Below are positions 25,407-33,811 of a stretch of DNA of 33,811 nucleotides, piece by piece (position 1 is the first letter of the stretch; the number at the start of each line of letters is the position of its first letter). Below the pieces are notes generated by a model that was not told the origin of the DNA, did no database searches, and saw only the letters and a list, made by a program, of their open reading frames with translations. This DNA is from Candidatus Hadarchaeota archaeon. GTDB taxonomy: Archaea > CAYQAE01 > CAYVLA01. The stretch is taken from NCBI GenBank assembly GCA_964452145.1, contig CAYVLA010000027.1:1-33811 (forward strand), in the 5' to 3' direction. Position numbers and translations under genes: made by a program.

Positions 25407-27593
25407 TCAATAGATCCTTATCTCGTAGACCCTGGCGGATGGATCGCCCCAGGTTTCCAGAACATCCAGGGCCACGGCATCGCCCTCGATGCCGTCCAAT
25501 CGATGGGTCAGGAGGCGGTGGTGGTTGTCTCGGATGCTGGCAACGGTTTGCCAGTTACCCGCTCTCCCGACTCTCAAGTCGTAAGCCCTGACGCAACGCT
25601 TGGAAGGACCTATCACGGGGAGGTCATCGAGGTCGGTGTCGAAGGTTACCCGAACCTCCTGCAGGGGGCCGGCCCGTGGAAGCTGGACCTCGATCGATTG
25701 AGGGAGCTCCTCTCCCGGATCCGAGATCCATATGTCCGTCCAGTTCTCTGGCCTTGCGAATCCGCTGAGCACGTTCCCCGCCCCATAGGGCCGGGATGGG
25801 GGGGTGGTCCTGAACAGGTGTGATCCCCCCATTCGCCTCCAGGGCCCGCTCTCCGTCCTCACGGCTTCCGTCGTTCCCAGCCCCAACCTGGGCAGCTTCC
25901 GCAGCGTCGTCATGAGTACTCCGATGGGTTCGTCCTTGCTGAAGCCCCAGCCCACGCCCGGGCATGGTTCAAGTAGGATCCAGAGGAAGCCCGGTTGGAT
26001 GTCGAGATTCAGGTCGAACGTAACCCAGTTCTCGCCTCTGGGGATCCTGGAGGAGGTGGCCGTGATCTCGCGGACGGGATTTCGATCGCTCCGGTGGGAG
26101 GCCCTGAACACCCTCAGGGTGACATCCTCCTCGGATCTGGAGCTCAGGTACAGGGTGAGGCTCTCGAGGTGATCCTCGGACATGGGGAAGATCTGGCCCA
26201 GCTGGTGATCGAGTTCGATGAACGAGTCAAGATCCACGACCGCAAGCTCCATCTCGCTTGTGGCCGTTGCTCGGCCCAGCCGGGCTAGGTCACCGGGGTC
26301 CTGGTTGGAGACCCCGGGTATGTAGCAGTCTTCTCGAAGCAGCAGCTGCTGGAGCTCCCCGATATGGTCCCTGCCCAGCTCCCTGGGCATGACGCGGTAC
26401 TTGCTGCACAGGTATGCCGCCGTACCCACGGCCTGCCCCATCACTGCCCCGGTGGCCTGCAACCTGGTGGTGCCTAGAGCCACATGGGTCGTGCTGGCGT
26501 TCCTCCCGGCCATCATCAGATTGTCGATGTTCCTCGAGTAGAGGCACCTGAAGGGTATGCCGTAGGGTCTGAGGAGCCTCCTGAACTCCGCCGGCGGGGC
26601 CGGGGCCCTGATCCCTCCCGGCGGGTGGAGATCGATCGGCCAGCCGCCGTAGGCGACAGCGTCAGGGAATCTGACCGCGGACTCAACGTCGCCCTGCTTG
26701 AGGATGTAGTCCCCGACGAACCTCCGTGATTCCCGCTTACCCGGCACAGCGCCCACCCAATCGAGGGCCAGGTTGGCCGCTCCGTGGTCCCCCTTGTTCT
26801 TGATGTGATCCCACACCCCGTACAGGGATCTCCAGAGCTCGTCCCTGATCTCCTCGCTGTCCTTGATCGTGTCGGCCTCCCCGCCGAGCTCTATCCACCA
26901 GTACCCGGAGGTGATCGTCTCGTGGTTCCTGAAGGGAAGGTCCTGCTCCGATGGATACTCGTAGGCCCAGGAGGGCCTGATGAAGCTCACCGGCCTGCCA
27001 ACGTCAAGGGCCCTGAACAGGAGGGATGATCCCATCGTCTTTGCGTCCGCGACCTCGGGGGCGATGTCCTCACCGAACTCGTTCCTCGATTCCCTCCCCA
27101 TGCGGAACTCCGCACCGGCCGAATAGGCCATGCCGCCATCCCCGCTGGAGTCGACGAAGTAGTCGGCATCGATCCGGATCTTCTTCTCGCTGCCGAGCTG
27201 CTCGCACAGAACCCCGGCGATCCTTGACCTGCCATCCATGACGGCATCCCGGGCGGAGGTGTTGAGGTAGAGGTCGAGATTCTCCTCCCTCGTCACCCAC
27301 TCCCAGAGAACCTGGTTCCAGGTCTGGTTGATCTCGCCGTAGACTATGGGTGAGTGGTTCCTGTACCTATCCTCGACCCGGATCTCCTCGATGATGCCGG
27401 ACTCCCGGGCCCACCTGTGGTCCTTATCGGCGCCTCCCACGTGGACGCGGATCTCCGTGCTGGAGTTCCCGCCCAGGACGGGCCGGTCGTTCATGAGGGC
27501 AACCTTGAGGCCGAGCCTCGCCGCCGCCACGGCCGCGCAGATGCCTGCGAGGCCTGCCCCGATGACGGCAAGATCGTATCTCTTCCTCTCCAT
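25407..27593 (-). CDS. FAD-dependent oxidoreductase (FAD_oxidored family) with C-terminal discoidin/galactose-binding-like domains
   Basis: VIGAGLAG, DRPVLGGNSS.E, DSSGDG, FRMGRE, GKRESRR, GGWPIDLH, TTR...TG..MGQAVG; C-terminal ARVYEIRIY; start ATG 27593 or TTG 27617. Confidence 0.88.
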   Translation of the reverse strand: MERKRYDLAVIGAGLAGICAAVAAARLGLKVALMNDRPVLGGNSSTEIRVHVGGADKDHRWARESGIIEEIRVEDRYRNHSPIVYGEINQTWNQVLWEWVTREENLDLYLNTSARDAVMDGRSRIAGVLCEQLGSEKKIRIDADYFVDSSGDGGMAYSAGAEFRMGRESRNEFGEDIAPEVADAKTMGSSLLFRALDVGRPVSFIRPSWAYEYPSEQDLPFRNHETITSGYWWIELGGEADTIKDSEEIRDELWRSLYGVWDHIKNKGDHGAANLALDWVGAVPGKRESRRFVGDYILKQGDVESAVRFPDAVAYGGWPIDLHPPGGIRAPAPPAEFRRLLRPYGIPFRCLYSRNIDNLMMAGRNASTTHVALGTTRLQATGAVMGQAVGTAAYLCSKYRVMPRELGRDHIGELQQLLLREDCYIPGVSNQDPGDLARLGRATATSEMELAVVDLDSFIELDHQLGQIFPMSEDHLESLTLYLSSRSEEDVTLRVFRASHRSDRNPVREITATSSRIPRGENWVTFDLNLDIQPGFLWILLEPCPGVGWGFSKDEPIGVLMTTLRKLPRLGLGTTEAVRTESGPWRRMGGSHLFRTTPPSRPYGAGNVLSGFARPENWTDIWISDPGEELPQSIEVQLPRAGPLQEVRVTFDTDLDDLPVIGPSKRCVRAYDLRVGRAGNWQTVASIRDNHHRLLTHRLDGIEGDAVALDVLETWGDPSARVYEIRIY

Positions 27594-27655
27594 CGGATTC
27601 CTTTGCTCCTTCGACAACCCGGGGCGGCGAGGGGCACGGGCCTAAAAAGGCTTTC

Positions 27656-27676
27656 GGGTCCGGGGTCCGGGGTCCG
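27656..27676. repeat. Short tandem repeat (GGGTCCG)x3
   Basis: gggtccg gggtccg gggtccg, upstream of the FAD oxidoreductase. Confidence 0.6.
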
Positions 27677-28015
27677 TGATTCGTGGGCTGTGGGACAAAA
27701 CTACCTGGCATCCTTGCCAACTAGGATTTCGGCGGCGTAGTGATGGGTTTGGTCGGTTTGGTGTTTGAGGAGATGGATGGTCGAGTAATTGTAGGAACAC
27801 CTGCCCCACCTGCGCCAATACTTCCTGGGCCAGGAAGCTCCAAGATGTCTAGGAGGGTCGCCGAAAGCGCGTAGCGGATCGTTCTATTTCGGAGACCGTT
27901 TTCCAATATGCACGGGGCGGACCGACCCGAGCCCTGACGACCCCATCTTCGCAATGTACTGATGATTCCGCAGATGCCGGGACTCGTCGAGTCGCACTTC
28001 ACACAGATTGTGTAC

Positions 28016-28708
28016 TCATCTGCGTTTCAGCAGTATGAATCCCATCGCTCCCACGAGAACCCCTACCGGCATCAGCAGGTACGGTATCCACGGAAGCAGA
28101 GGTGACCGGTAACCTAGTGTGATCTCAGCCCGGATGCCGGGTGACCCATCCGAATTCATTATGGCTATTAGGGTTCTTGGTGCACTCGTGTCTGTCACTG
28201 GTTCCCAGTATAGGGCAGTAGTGCCTCCGGTTTGCAGTTTCTGTATCCAGAATGCCTCCGTTGTGGGTGGACGTGAAGGTGCTGAACCAGCCTGCCCAGC
28301 TACAACTAGACCGGTCCAATCCAGCTTTGCATAGTATACACCCCAGCCGTAGATCTGTCCTGGGATGCTCCGCGTGGGGTTGGCGTATTCAATGCCCCCT
28401 ATGTAGCTACTTGTTGCCGTTTCCTCAGCATATCCTACGAACAGCTCTCTTGTCGTATCAGTGGACGTCACCAGGAATTTGAGTCGACCAAGACTGTCAG
28501 GTTCTCTGTCAAGCCATAGGACGAATGCACATGCCGTGGTGTTGATGGACAGCGTGTTGCTGAGCGCGTATCCTTCCGGATCTGTCTTGGTGTAGTTCAG
28601 GCAGAATATGCATCCTCCACCAAGTAGGAGTGCTAACCCGACCACGATGGGTAGAACCTCAGCGACCTTGGTCAGGCTGCGCTTCCCTACACTCGACTTG
28701 TCACCCAT
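28016..28708 (-). CDS. Hypothetical two-TM membrane protein with an extracytoplasmic domain; lower GC
   Basis: N- and C-terminal TM helices; TD.EGY, LFVGYA, PSRPPT.E.FW, IMNSDGSPG; TTATATA box at 28743-28749; ATG 28708 preferred. Confidence 0.75.
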   Translation of the reverse strand: MGDKSSVGKRSLTKVAEVLPIVVGLALLLGGGCIFCLNYTKTDPEGYALSNTLSINTTACAFVLWLDREPDSLGRLKFLVTSTDTTRELFVGYAEETATSSYIGGIEYANPTRSIPGQIYGWGVYYAKLDWTGLVVAGQAGSAPSRPPTTEAFWIQKLQTGGTTALYWEPVTDTSAPRTLIAIMNSDGSPGIRAEITLGYRSPLLPWIPYLLMPVGVLVGAMGFILLKRR

Positions 28709-29029
28709 AGATATCCAAGGAACGTCCAACGGCTAGATCAGGTATATAACTCTTGCTGGATTGTTGGTTGGCTGGCCAACCCATCATCTGGCGGCGGATT
28801 CTTGGGGAAGACGGCGATGGATAACGACCACATGAGCGAAGCGAGACGCCATTTGGCGAAAGATCCATGGAGGGATCAGGTCCTCAATGCGGGGTGTCCA
28901 TTCTCTTCACGCGGGTCTATATCACGGTTGTCTAGACCTGTTTCTGCCGGATGAACTACCGGACTTCGCGAATGTGTCCCGTGAGTAGGAACGCCCGGGA
29001 AGAGGCTTCACTGGGCATAGTCTCTGAAT

Positions 29030-31183
29030 TCACGAGTAGGCCCGGATCTCGTATATCCTTGCCGACGGCGCCCCCCAAGTTTCTAGGACCTCGATCTTGA
29101 CCGCGTCGGTCTCGACGGCTTCGAACCGATGGATGGCAAGCCGGTGATGGTTGTCGCTGACCTGGGCCATCGTCCTCCATCCTTGGGGGCAGGCGCAGCT
29201 GACGACATAGGCTTTGACACACTTAGGCACCGGCCCGGTTCTGACCAGATCGTCAAGGTCAGTGTCAAATGTGATGCGGACTTCCCTGACGGTCTGCTGC
29301 GAGGCGAACCTGATCTGGATGTCCTGGGGCAGACTGGCCCTAGGATCCGATACCCAGATGTTGGTCCACCCATCGGGCCTGGAGAGGCCGTTGTTCACGT
29401 TCTCGGCACCGTAGGGCGTCGAAGCGGGCCAGGTTCTGAAAAGGTAGGACCCTCCCACCCTCTTCCACGCCCCCGACCGGGTTCTCTGGACGCCTATCGG
29501 CTCGTCTTTGCTGAAACCCCACTCGACTTCGGGGTTGGGATCCAAGAGAATCCAGCAGAAACCGGGAGCAATGCGTGTTCCGATGTTGACTGGTACCCAG
29601 GACTCCCCATTCGGCACTACTGCATTCGAGACGGCCAGATCAACTCCCGAAGAGGTATCATCCCAGGATGATGCCGACCTCAGCCTGAGGGTGACCTCCT
29701 GATCGCCCTTGCCGGATCTGAGGAGCAACTCGATGCGATCGATCCTATCCTCCGACACGGGAAAGATCTGTCCCACCGAGGCGTCAAGCCTCTCGAAGCC
29801 ATCAAGGCTCGTCTGCTCAAGCTTCATCTCACTGGAAGCGACGGCTCTGCCCCCTAATGCCATATCGCCGCCGTCCTGATTCCTTACCCCGGGTATGTAG
29901 CAGTCGTTTTTGAGGAGAAGCTGTTGAAGTTCCTGGATGTGGCTCTTGGCCAGCTCCCTGGGGGCCACGCGGTGTTTCCTGCAGAGGTAGGCGGCGGTGC
30001 CTACGGCCTGGCCCTCCACCGCCCCAGTGGCCATGAGGCGGGTTGTCCCCAGGGCGACATGGGAGACGCTGATGTTTCTGCCCGCCATCATGAGATTCGG
30101 CACGTTCCGCGAGTAAAGGCATCTGAAAGGTATCGCGTACGGGCCGGGCAGCCTGTGCATATCGGCGGGCGGAGCCGCCGATCTTATGCCTTCAGGCGGA
30201 TGCAGGTCTATGGGCCATCCCCCGTAGGCAACGGAATCCGGAAACCTGGCCTTGGTCTCCACATCCCTTTGGGTTAGGATGTAGTCGCCCATGAATCTTC
30301 GCGACTCCCTCTTGCCCGGAACGGATCCAACCCAGTCCAATGCGAGGTTATCGGCCCCATGGTTGCCCTTGTTCTTTACGTGGTCCCAGACACCGAAGAG
30401 GCAGCGCCAGAGCTCGTCGCGAATGCTCTCGTTGTCCGCGATGGTGTCTCGGTCGCCGCCGAGCTCGATCCACCAATGCCCGCTCTCGATCCTGCCATGC
30501 CCCCGGAAAGGCAGCGAATCCTCCGTTGGGTACTCCTCAGCCCACTCCGGACGGACGAACCTGACGGGTCCGCCAACGTCGATGGCCCGGAACATCAGGG
30601 ATGTGCCAAGTGTCTTGCGGTCGGCAGTTTCGGGAGCGATGCTCTCCCCGAACTCCTCTCTGGACTCTCGTCCCATCCGGTACTCGGCCCCCGCCGAGAA
30701 TGCAACCTGCCCATCGCCACTCGCGTCCACGAAGAGGTCGGCCTTGATGTGCAGCGTCTTCTCGGTGCCCAGTTGTTCACAGACCACGGCCGTGATCCTG
30801 CCTCCTTCGCCGACAACCGCCCTGCGCGCCGATGTGTTAAGGTAGAGGTCCAGACCTGTCTCCTTCTTGACGAACTCCCAGAGAACCATGTCCCATATGG
30901 AGTTTGTCTGGCCCCCGACGATGGCTCCATGATTCCTGCACCGGTCCTCCATCCTCAGCTCCTCGATGATTCCTCCCTCCCTGGCCCACCTGAAATCGTG
31001 ATCGGCTCCGCCGACGGGCACTCTGATCTCGCTGCTAGAGTTGCCGCCCAGAACCGGCCTGTCGTTGATGAGGGCCACCTTGAGGCCGAGCCTTGCCGCG
31101 GATATTGCGGCGGGTATCCCGGCCATGCCACCCCCGACGACGGCAAGCTCATAGGTTCCATGCACCACGTCCTGCTTCCGCAT
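29030..31183 (-). CDS. FAD-dependent oxidoreductase, paralog of 25407-27593
   Basis: VVGGGMAG, DRPVLGGNSSSE, GKRESRR, GGWPIDLH; collinear with the paralog over its whole length; ATG 31183. Confidence 0.88.
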   Translation of the reverse strand: MRKQDVVHGTYELAVVGGGMAGIPAAISAARLGLKVALINDRPVLGGNSSSEIRVPVGGADHDFRWAREGGIIEELRMEDRCRNHGAIVGGQTNSIWDMVLWEFVKKETGLDLYLNTSARRAVVGEGGRITAVVCEQLGTEKTLHIKADLFVDASGDGQVAFSAGAEYRMGRESREEFGESIAPETADRKTLGTSLMFRAIDVGGPVRFVRPEWAEEYPTEDSLPFRGHGRIESGHWWIELGGDRDTIADNESIRDELWRCLFGVWDHVKNKGNHGADNLALDWVGSVPGKRESRRFMGDYILTQRDVETKARFPDSVAYGGWPIDLHPPEGIRSAAPPADMHRLPGPYAIPFRCLYSRNVPNLMMAGRNISVSHVALGTTRLMATGAVEGQAVGTAAYLCRKHRVAPRELAKSHIQELQQLLLKNDCYIPGVRNQDGGDMALGGRAVASSEMKLEQTSLDGFERLDASVGQIFPVSEDRIDRIELLLRSGKGDQEVTLRLRSASSWDDTSSGVDLAVSNAVVPNGESWVPVNIGTRIAPGFCWILLDPNPEVEWGFSKDEPIGVQRTRSGAWKRVGGSYLFRTWPASTPYGAENVNNGLSRPDGWTNIWVSDPRASLPQDIQIRFASQQTVREVRITFDTDLDDLVRTGPVPKCVKAYVVSCACPQGWRTMAQVSDNHHRLAIHRFEAVETDAVKIEVLETWGAPSARIYEIRAYS

Positions 31184-31279
31184 GGACGAGCGTGAATGGG
31201 AAGGCCTGAAAAACGCTTCCTGGAGAGGGCCGGCTTCCTGACGACTCGGGAGAGGATAGATAAAAAGTGGTGAGGCATA

Positions 31280-31918
31280 TTGCTGCGGGGAGAGAAGCAC
31301 TTGGGCGTGCATGTGGAGACCATCCGCGCGGGGCATATGGACAACCTCTCCTACATATTGCGAGGAGAAGGACCGGAAGCCATGGTCATCGACCCGTCAT
31401 TTGCCGCGAAGGACCTGTGGAGTCGGATGCAACAGGAAGGTTTGGAGCTGGAGCACATATTCTGCACTCATGGTCATTTCGATCACTCGAAGGGAGCCTT
31501 CTGGCTTTCGGGAGTCAGCGGAGGCAAGGTGGCCGTCCACGAAGGGGATCTTTCGATGCTTGAGAAGAGGCCCCATCTGATCCTTCGTGACGGAGACGTC
31601 CTATCCCCTGGGGATGTGGAGATCCAGGTCCTGCATACCCCGGGGCACACCCCCGGCGGGATCTGCCTGTTGAGCCGAGGAGTTCTCTTCACGGGTGACA
31701 CCCTCTTCGTCGGCAACTGTGGGAGAACCGATCTGGCCGGGGGAAGCGACCGGGACTTGTTCAACAGCCTCCAAAGGCTGAAGGCTCTCGATGAATCAAT
31801 CGTTGTCTATCCCGGGCATTCCTACGGGGGTGCCACCTGCTCCACGATCGGAAGGGAGAAGAAGACCAACCCGGCTTTGTTGGCCAAGACCTTGGCCGAG
31901 TTCCTCAGGGTTCCGTGA
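31280..31918 (+). CDS. MBL-fold metallo-hydrolase (glyoxalase II-like)
   Basis: THGHFDH, HTPGHTPG, FTGDTLF..CGRTD, YPGH; GGTGAGG SD before TTG. Confidence 0.92.
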   Translation: MLRGEKHLGVHVETIRAGHMDNLSYILRGEGPEAMVIDPSFAAKDLWSRMQQEGLELEHIFCTHGHFDHSKGAFWLSGVSGGKVAVHEGDLSMLEKRPHLILRDGDVLSPGDVEIQVLHTPGHTPGGICLLSRGVLFTGDTLFVGNCGRTDLAGGSDRDLFNSLQRLKALDESIVVYPGHSYGGATCSTIGREKKTNPALLAKTLAEFLRVP

Positions 31919-31982
31919 TATCAACGCCATCTGGATGACTTGCGGAAAACGTTTGGATAACAGCCGTTTTAAACAAAACCGC

Positions 31983-31990
31983 TTTATTAT
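31983..31990 (+). promoter_or_regulatory. Putative TATA box for the candidate ncRNA
   Basis: TTTATTAT in a markedly AT-rich stretch; archaeal spacing puts the start at about 32012. Confidence 0.55.
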
Positions 31991-32011
31991 TATAACAATC
32001 CTGTAAGTATT

Positions 32012-32108
32012 GATCTCAAGCGGCTCACGGTCGGCTTCCAAGCATAGGGGTAACATGAGGGGAAATAGGGGATCTTCTCACGCGACCTTCTCTGAGCCGC
32101 TTGGGATC
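32012..32108 (+). ncRNA. Candidate structured non-coding RNA (unknown family)
   Basis: 16-bp terminal stem 32012-32027/32093-32108 with one G-U pair; inner stems GGUCG/CGACC and UGAGGGGA/UCUUCUCA; G-U pairs favour the + strand; TATA at the expected distance. Confidence 0.5.
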
Positions 32109-32163
32109 TCGCGACCTGGTGCATGAGATACCTTTTACAACAGGCCCGTATCTCGCCTCGGCC

Positions 32164-33216
32164 ATGGAGTACAAAAAGGACTGGCCGGAAGCTCAGATGA
32201 GGCTAACGGCATGGTGGAAACGGGAAGTGATCGACCGACCTGTCATCATGGTGACCGCACCTCGTGGGGCCGACAGGCCAGGCTGGGACGGATGGGACTT
32301 CTCTAGGAACCCCGATGATCCGTTGGGTGTGATTCGGAGGTTTGAAGCATGGGCTCAGAGCACGTACTTCGGCGGCGAGGCCTTCCCCAGCCTGTGGGTG
32401 AACTTGGGAGCGGGGGCCGTGGCCGCTTTCCTCGGCGCCAAGCCTAGGTTCTACTCCGACACCATGTGGTTTGAGACGCCCATGGAATGGGACCGGCTGG
32501 CGGGCATCGATCTGGACCCTTCCAACGAGTGGTGGATCAGGGCCCAAAGGGATACCAGGATCGGCGTGGAAAGGGGAGAAGGCAAGTTCTTCGTAGCCAT
32601 GGCCGACCTGGGCGGCATACTCGACATCGCCCATTCCCTTCGAGGCAAGAAGCAACTCATGATCGATCTGTTCAGGACTCCCGGTAGGGTTAAGGATCTT
32701 TGCTGGCGGATACTCGATGTCTGGCACAGATGCTACGAGGATCTCAACTCGATCGTGCAATCAAGAATGAAGGGCTCCTCGGCGTGGATGGGCATATGGT
32801 CGAAGGATCGTTGGTATCCTTTGCAGTGCGACTACGCCTACATGCTGTCCCCCGCCAAGTTCGAGGAGTTCGTGTTGCCTTTCGTCGCAGAACAGTGCAG
32901 GCGCTTGGAGAACACCGTCTACCACCTGGACGGTTACGGTCAGATACCCCACCTGGACATGCTTCTCGGTATTCCGGAGCTCGACGCCATCCAGTGGGTC
33001 CCGGGAGCCGGGAAGCCGCAGTGCGGGGACGGGATGTACTTCGATATGTACCGAAAGATCAAGGATGCTGGAAAGGGATTGGTGCTTGGGGTCAGCCGGG
33101 AAAGGATCAAGCCGGTTTGCGATGCGATCGGCGCGGAGGGAGTGCTATTCCAAACGGGGTGCAGAACGGTGGCCCAAGTGGAGGAGCTCCTTGCCGAGTC
33201 GAAATCCTGGATCTAG
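32164..33216 (+). CDS. UroD/MetE-like TIM-barrel protein (uroporphyrinogen decarboxylase superfamily), function unknown
   Basis: WW..E..DRP, GEAFP....NLG, DLGG.LD...LRG, LQCD...MLSP..FEEF..P, YHLDG, IQWVPGAG; ATG 32164. Confidence 0.8.
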   Translation: MEYKKDWPEAQMRLTAWWKREVIDRPVIMVTAPRGADRPGWDGWDFSRNPDDPLGVIRRFEAWAQSTYFGGEAFPSLWVNLGAGAVAAFLGAKPRFYSDTMWFETPMEWDRLAGIDLDPSNEWWIRAQRDTRIGVERGEGKFFVAMADLGGILDIAHSLRGKKQLMIDLFRTPGRVKDLCWRILDVWHRCYEDLNSIVQSRMKGSSAWMGIWSKDRWYPLQCDYAYMLSPAKFEEFVLPFVAEQCRRLENTVYHLDGYGQIPHLDMLLGIPELDAIQWVPGAGKPQCGDGMYFDMYRKIKDAGKGLVLGVSRERIKPVCDAIGAEGVLFQTGCRTVAQVEELLAESKSWI

Positions 33217-33275
33217 TCCCAGTGAACAGGCATTGGCACGGTCGGATTCGTCAGATGAGCCGCTTAGGGACCCGT

Positions 33276-33811
33276 TCACATTCGACCGCCTTTGTCGAAT
33301 CTCGTTGTGCCGACCTCCTTGTATGCGGATCTCTTCACCATCAGCGTCCATACGATTACCCCACATACCATCGCGGTGCCGGATACGGTGAACCACTCGA
33401 TGACATGAACCCAGAGCAGGGCTTGATCCTTTGCCCTAAGAGCAAGATCGGAGGCCTTCTTCAGAATCTCCAGGGCACTATCCATCTTCCGGAGGCAAGC
33501 CTCATACTCACCCTGGGCGTAGAGGTGTGTGACAGCCTTTCTCTCAGCATCCGAATCAACAAGTGCCTTGCCCGCCTTGTCCACATTGGCCCCGAATTTT
33601 TCCGCGAATTCCATGACCGAGAGGGCATAGTCCCTCATGGATAGGCACTTGGTGAAATCGCTTCTGATGCGCAGATTGAGGCTCATATCCTCGGGTATGT
33701 TGACCCGGGCAATCCAGTACAGCATATTACTCAGAGCTATGGGGCCATAGGTCCACCTATGCAACTCCCTGAAGCCCCCTCCCCAGTCGTAGACGAAGGC
33801 CTCCCCCAGGC
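33276..33811 (-). CDS. C-terminal part of a membrane-anchored GATase-like protein, paralog of 23588-24793 (runs off the window edge)
   Basis: Frame open to the edge; shared motifs F.E.FGAN, AL.WV...EW..V and W.LMV.R....EV..TR. Confidence 0.8.
   Translation of the reverse strand, partial: LGEAFVYDWGGGFRELHRWTYGPIALSNMLYWIARVNIPEDMSLNLRIRSDFTKCLSMRDYALSVMEFAEKFGANVDKAGKALVDSDAERKAVTHLYAQGEYEACLRKMDSALEILKKASDLALRAKDQALLWVHVIEWFTVSGTAMVCGVIVWTLMVKRSAYKEVGTTRFDKGGRM

Noticed and set aside
27621..27694. Cluster of G-runs (possible G-quadruplex) upstream of the FAD oxidoreductase
   Set aside because: Several loops are long, G-runs are common at this GC content, and there is no independent support
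27721..28002. 93-aa ORF on the minus strand
   Set aside because: No recognisable motif, low-complexity composition and no clear SD; probably non-coding or a decayed remnant
1..33811. CRISPR arrays, tRNA/rRNA genes, transposases, integrases
   Set aside because: No regularly spaced repeats, cloverleaf/T-loop motifs or recombinase ORFs seen on inspection; a tRNAscan-SE/Infernal run would be definitive

Overview
GC-rich (about 60%, estimated by eye), gene-dense archaeal chromosome segment, identified by TFB, TFS, RpoL, Csl4, Dph2, RIO1 and AdkA genes and by TATA-box promoters. Left to right: (1) sugar kinases and class II aldolases around a tfb gene; (2) the housekeeping run dph2-METTL5-csl4-rpoL-RNase III-like-DUF99-NUDIX-tfs, then rio1 and adkA; (3) a tightly coupled 7-deazaguanine (preQ0/archaeosine precursor) operon, queC-queE-folE2/mptA-DUF366-queD; (4) an accessory region with an amidohydrolase pair, two UroD/MtaA-like proteins, argF, membrane and secreted proteins, a degenerate ABC ATPase, two paralogous FAD oxidoreductases flanking a lower-GC gene, and an MBL hydrolase. 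The best leads are: an uncharacterised DUF366 (biotin/lipoate-ligase-like) gene embedded in the que operon beside a QueE with a non-canonical CX11CX2C motif; a previously unrecognised ~97-nt structured RNA candidate (32012-32108) with its own TATA box and two single-stranded AUAGGGG motifs; and two apparent pseudoenzymes (an ABC ATPase and an amidohydrolase). I found no tRNA, rRNA, CRISPR array or transposase. All family calls come from motif recognition by eye, not database searches.
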